64,000 bases of DNA from an uncultured Gemmatimonadota bacterium (GTDB lineage Bacteria; Blakebacterota; Blakebacteria; Blakebacterales; Blakebacteraceae): NCBI GenBank assembly GCA_964576115.1, contig CAZNUA010000001.1, positions 124,001-188,000 on the forward strand. Direction: 5' to 3'. Positions 60,811 through 64,000 of the stretch are shown in pieces. The position numbers were made by a program, and so were the translations under genes. The notes beneath the pieces are model-generated. The model was not told the origin of the DNA. It did not search any database and saw only the letters and a list, made by a program, of their open reading frames with translations. Numbering within the stretch: position 1 is the first letter of the stretch; the number at the start of each line of letters is the position of its first letter.

Positions 60811-62018
60811 AACACCCCACTGCGGCGGAACTGACCGATCTGGAACGCGGCGAACTGCCCATCGAACGGGCCCGGGAGATCCGCGACCATCTGGAAAAAT
60901 GTGAGGCGTGCCGGAGGGAATGGGAGGCCATGCAGAATGTGGCCCGGGAGCTGGCGACGTGGGAAGATGAACCGGTGTCGACAGCCTTCGTGACCTCGAC
61001 CATGAACGCCATCGCGCGAACCGATTCCACTCGGGCTCCGGACGGGCGCAGGACCGCTTTCGGCTGGTTGCGGCGGGTTTCGGTCGCTGCGGCAGCCGTG
61101 GCGGTCTCGCTGCTCTTTCAGGCCTTCGTCTGGAATCCTCTCGATACTCCCCGCTCCTTCCGGGCAATCTTCGACCTGACTCCGGAAGCGGCCGCCCTGA
61201 GCGCCGGAGCGGCTTTGCCCGACACGATCCTGGTTCTGACCGTACATCCCGACGGGAAGGTGAGTACCGAGCTGCTGGGTGAAGAGATCGGCGAACTCGA
61301 AGATCTCATCCCCCGGATCATCGAGCGAGCCGGCGAACGCGACATCAGGACCGTGCTCCTGCTCGGGAGCGATCCCGAGGGAACGATCACGATCGACCGG
61401 AGCGACCTGGCGCCCCTGCTCGAAGAACTGGATATCGAGCAGGTCACGGCCGGAGCCGGCGTCGTCCTCATCGCCGGCCGGGGTGACGTGGTGGCCCGGA
61501 TCGGAGTGCCGATCGAGTACATCATCACGACGGTTCCCCGGATCGAGGGGCAGATTGTCCAGATCGATATCGCCGACTCGCTCGTTTCCCGCGCCGAGGC
61601 GGCACAGGCTGTCCGTGCCGCTCTGGTCCTCTCGCGGGCCGACTCGTTGCGCGATACCGGCGCGTTCGCGGTCGAGATGCGCTACGCACGCGGGGAAGAG
61701 AGACCGGTCGTGCATGTCATCCGACCCCGACTCGAAGTCCTGCCACGGTCCGAACCGGCTGCGGCACTGCACGACAGCCTGTTGACCCCGCAACGGCTTC
61801 TGATCACCGTGAACGAGGCGGGCGAGATCGTCACCAGCTGGTCCACTCTGCCGCTCGAGGATTTCCGCGACATGGCCGGCCGGATCATCACATCCCTGGG
61901 AGATATCCCGATCCTCTTGCTGATCCCCGAAGGTTCAGAGGACCGCGAGTCGATTCTGTTTCAGATTCTGGAGGAGGCCGGCGGGACGAAGATCACCGTC
62001 AGACGGATCAAGAAGTGA
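60807..62018 (+). CDS. Anti-sigma factor: zf-HC2 zinc finger, TM helix, ExbD-like periplasmic domains
   Basis: H..HLEKCEAC (ZAS), one TM helix, two segments LTV..DG / ITV..AG resembling the ExbD/TolR C-domain; ATGA overlap with sigma gene. Confidence 0.8.
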   Translation: MKHPTAAELTDLERGELPIERAREIRDHLEKCEACRREWEAMQNVARELATWEDEPVSTAFVTSTMNAIARTDSTRAPDGRRTAFGWLRRVSVAAAAVAVSLLFQAFVWNPLDTPRSFRAIFDLTPEAAALSAGAALPDTILVLTVHPDGKVSTELLGEEIGELEDLIPRIIERAGERDIRTVLLLGSDPEGTITIDRSDLAPLLEELDIEQVTAGAGVVLIAGRGDVVARIGVPIEYIITTVPRIEGQIVQIDIADSLVSRAEAAQAVRAALVLSRADSLRDTGAFAVEMRYARGEERPVVHVIRPRLEVLPRSEPAAALHDSLLTPQRLLITVNEAGEIVTSWSTLPLEDFRDMAGRIITSLGDIPILLLIPEGSEDRESILFQILEEAGGTKITVRRIKK

Positions 62019-62216
62019 CCTGTCGAATCGGCGAATTCCCGGACTGACGAGTACGTCCGGGGTGAGGGAAGGGAACGAAACGGGCGGGCACCGGAGCTGC
62101 GCCGGTTGACGCAGCTCCGGGCCGGTAAAGCGAAAATAGAACTGCCGGGAACGACCTCCCACACTGCCTTCCTCCCCTAAGCACTGCGGTGTCCCCGGCA
62201 GAGAGCTTCCGTCTTG

Positions 62217-62245
62217 TTGATATTAATAGTTATAATTCCTATTAT
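62217..62245 (+). promoter_or_regulatory. Candidate sigma-70 promoter inside an imperfect palindrome
   Basis: TTGATA-N17-TATTAT; overlaps inverted repeat TTGATATTAATAG-N9-CTATTATTGTCAA (62217-62251). Confidence 0.6.
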
Positions 62246-62257
62246 TGTCAAGCTTCG

Positions 62258-62299
62258 GATGTAACCTCGGCGGTATCAGATGTAACCCCGGTGGTATCA
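62258..62299. repeat. 21-bp tandem direct repeat (2 copies)
   Basis: gatgtaacctcggcggtatca / gatgtaaccccggtggtatca, 19/21 identical. Confidence 0.8.
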
Positions 62300-62599
62300 A
62301 ACCCTGTCCCCGCAGTCGATACCGATACCTCCGGGCGTTCGGGACCGAAACCTGTGTACCGGCCCCCGTGCCCGGCCGTCCGAGCCCTGCTCCGGAGTCC
62401 GGCTCGACCCCGGTAGCCGAACCCTTCCGGATGGGGTTATACTCACCTCCACCCGAACCGGCAGGGCGACTTCATGATCAGTCCATCTTCGACCCCCCCC
62501 GCTCCACCATTCCCCGCTTCGATACCCCCCTGTTGGGCGAATCGGTTATGACGATTTGCCCGGCACCCTCGGGAAACCGCTGAGCGGAGAGCACTACCG

Positions 62600-64000
62600 A
62601 TGAGCACCCTGACAGACAACCTCAGTTTCGGTCTCAAGCTGCTGCGCAAGGAAACCGCTTTCTCCGTTACCGCTCTGCTCACCCTGGCCCTCTGTATCGG
62701 GGCCAACAGCGCCGTCTTCAGTGCCGTCAACGCCCTGATGCTGCGCCCCCTGCCCTTTCCCGAACCGGAACGGCTGGTCATGATCTACAACTCCTACCCC
62801 CGGGCCGAGGCTCCCCGTCTGGGCGCCTCGGTTCCCGATTATGTCGCCCGGCGGGCGGGGGTCGACGCGTTCGAGGATATCGGCGCTTTCTTCTACGGCG
62901 GTCTGACCGTAGGTGAGACGGGCCAGCCCGAACGTGCCTGGGCGATCTACATCACTCCCGCCCTGCTCACTTTGTTGCGGATCGAACCGGTCATCGGACG
63001 CAATTTCACCGAAGCCGAGACCGAGGCCGAGAACGCCCGGGTGGTGCTGCTGGGCTATGAATACTGGCACGAGCATTTCGAACGGTCCGACGATGTCCTG
63101 GGACAAACCCTGCGCATCGACGGCGAGAACTGGACCATCGTGGGTGTCCTGCCCGAGGGCTTCCGCCTGCTCGACGAACGGCAGGTCGATCTCTGGACCC
63201 CGATCCCCTTCACCCCCGCCGCCCGGTCGATCGACAACCTGCATACCAATTCCCTCTCACTGATCGCCCGGCTGCGGCCCGGAGCCACGATCGAGCAGGC
63301 CGAAGAACAGATCGCGGCCGTCAACAACCGGCTGCTGGAGCAGTGGCCCGCTCCCGACGGTCGTCAGATCATGGAACGGGCCGGTTTTCACACCGAGGTC
63401 GTCGAGCTGCAGACAGCCCTGCTCGGCGACCGGCGACCGCTCTTCACCCTGCTCCTGGGCGGGGTTGTCCTGGTCCTGTTGATCGGTTGCGTGAATATCG
63501 CCCACCTGATGATCACCCGCCTCAATGTCCGGCAGCTCGAACTGGCCACCCGGATCGCCCTGGGCGCCAATCGCCGGCAGATCTACACCCAGGTCGTGAC
63601 CGAAAGCCTGCTGATCGCCGTCATCGGCGGTCTGCTGAGCCTGCTGGTGGCAATCGGCGCTCTGGCCCTGATGCGCCTGCTCCGGTTCAACGAATTTCCC
63701 TTCGGCTACATGATCCGCCTCGATGTCACCACCCTGCTCTTCACCCTGCTCATTTCCATGCTGGCGGGGGTTTTTTTCGGGCTCGTGCCCGCCGCTCAGG
63801 TCATGCGCACCGACCTGCAGACGGTCTTTCGATTCGACGGCCGGAGTGTGACCGCCGACCGGGGAGCGATCCGGAACCGGAACCTGATGGCGATCATACA
63901 GGTGGCGCTCGCCTTCGTGCTGCTCACCGGGGCGGGGCTTCTGGTTCTGAGTTTCTCGCGGCTCATCAGGGTCGATCCCGGTTTCACCGATCCCGCCTCG
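62600..64000 (+). CDS. ABC permease, ADOP/MacB-FtsX type; runs off the window end
   Basis: Not in the ORF track; hand translation MSTLTDNLSFGLKLLRKETAFSVTALLTLALCIGANSAVFSAVNALMLRPLPFPEPERLV... LLIGCVNIAHL, ELATRIALGA, TESLL, QVALAFVLL.GAGL, VDPGF. Confidence 0.92.
   Translation, partial: MSTLTDNLSFGLKLLRKETAFSVTALLTLALCIGANSAVFSAVNALMLRPLPFPEPERLVMIYNSYPRAEAPRLGASVPDYVARRAGVDAFEDIGAFFYGGLTVGETGQPERAWAIYITPALLTLLRIEPVIGRNFTEAETEAENARVVLLGYEYWHEHFERSDDVLGQTLRIDGENWTIVGVLPEGFRLLDERQVDLWTPIPFTPAARSIDNLHTNSLSLIARLRPGATIEQAEEQIAAVNNRLLEQWPAPDGRQIMERAGFHTEVVELQTALLGDRRPLFTLLLGGVVLVLLIGCVNIAHLMITRLNVRQLELATRIALGANRRQIYTQVVTESLLIAVIGGLLSLLVAIGALALMRLLRFNEFPFGYMIRLDVTTLLFTLLISMLAGVFFGLVPAAQVMRTDLQTVFRFDGRSVTADRGAIRNRNLMAIIQVALAFVLLTGAGLLVLSFSRLIRVDPGFTDPAS

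Noticed and set aside
62019-62085. Hammerhead-ribozyme-like words (GTC ... CTGACGAG ... CGAAAC)
   Set aside because: Stem III can form 5 bp, but stem I does not close at the core and stem II needs a 3-nt bulge; not supportable without an Infernal search.

Overview
GC-rich (roughly two-thirds GC by eye), gene-dense chromosomal segment from a diderm bacterium, probably anaerobic or facultative: it carries a TonB receptor, lipoproteins, Tat-exported sulfatases and an ADOP/MacB-type permease. About 50 CDS; no rRNA, tRNA, CRISPR array or mobile element was recognised. The window is rich in peptide- and polymer-scavenging enzymes (peptidases M19, M28, M3, S46, M48; two sulfatases; GH172; amidohydrolase) and in amino-acid/organic-acid metabolism (ADP-forming acyl-CoA synthetase, split Fe-S fumarase, large NAD-GDH). 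Most notable items: (1) a tightly packed 7-gene operon at 20310-28558 joining a homoisocitrate-dehydrogenase-like enzyme, an HD protein, two different LeuC/LeuD-type hydro-lyases (one fused, with a remodelled active site) and a citrate-lyase-like CitD-CitE fusion plus CitF, with no citC/G/X in the window. This may be an uncharacterised (homo)citrate pathway. (2) A His/CxxC small ORF ending in RAPP, a ribosome-arrest-type leader, upstream of an ATPase-less metal-uptake operon. (3) A standalone lipoprotein LanC-like enzyme, an EgtC-like Ntn hydrolase with Cys1 replaced by Ser, a doubly anchored coiled-coil lipoprotein, and an anti-sigma factor with ExbD-like domains. All calls come from reading motifs by eye; no searches were run.
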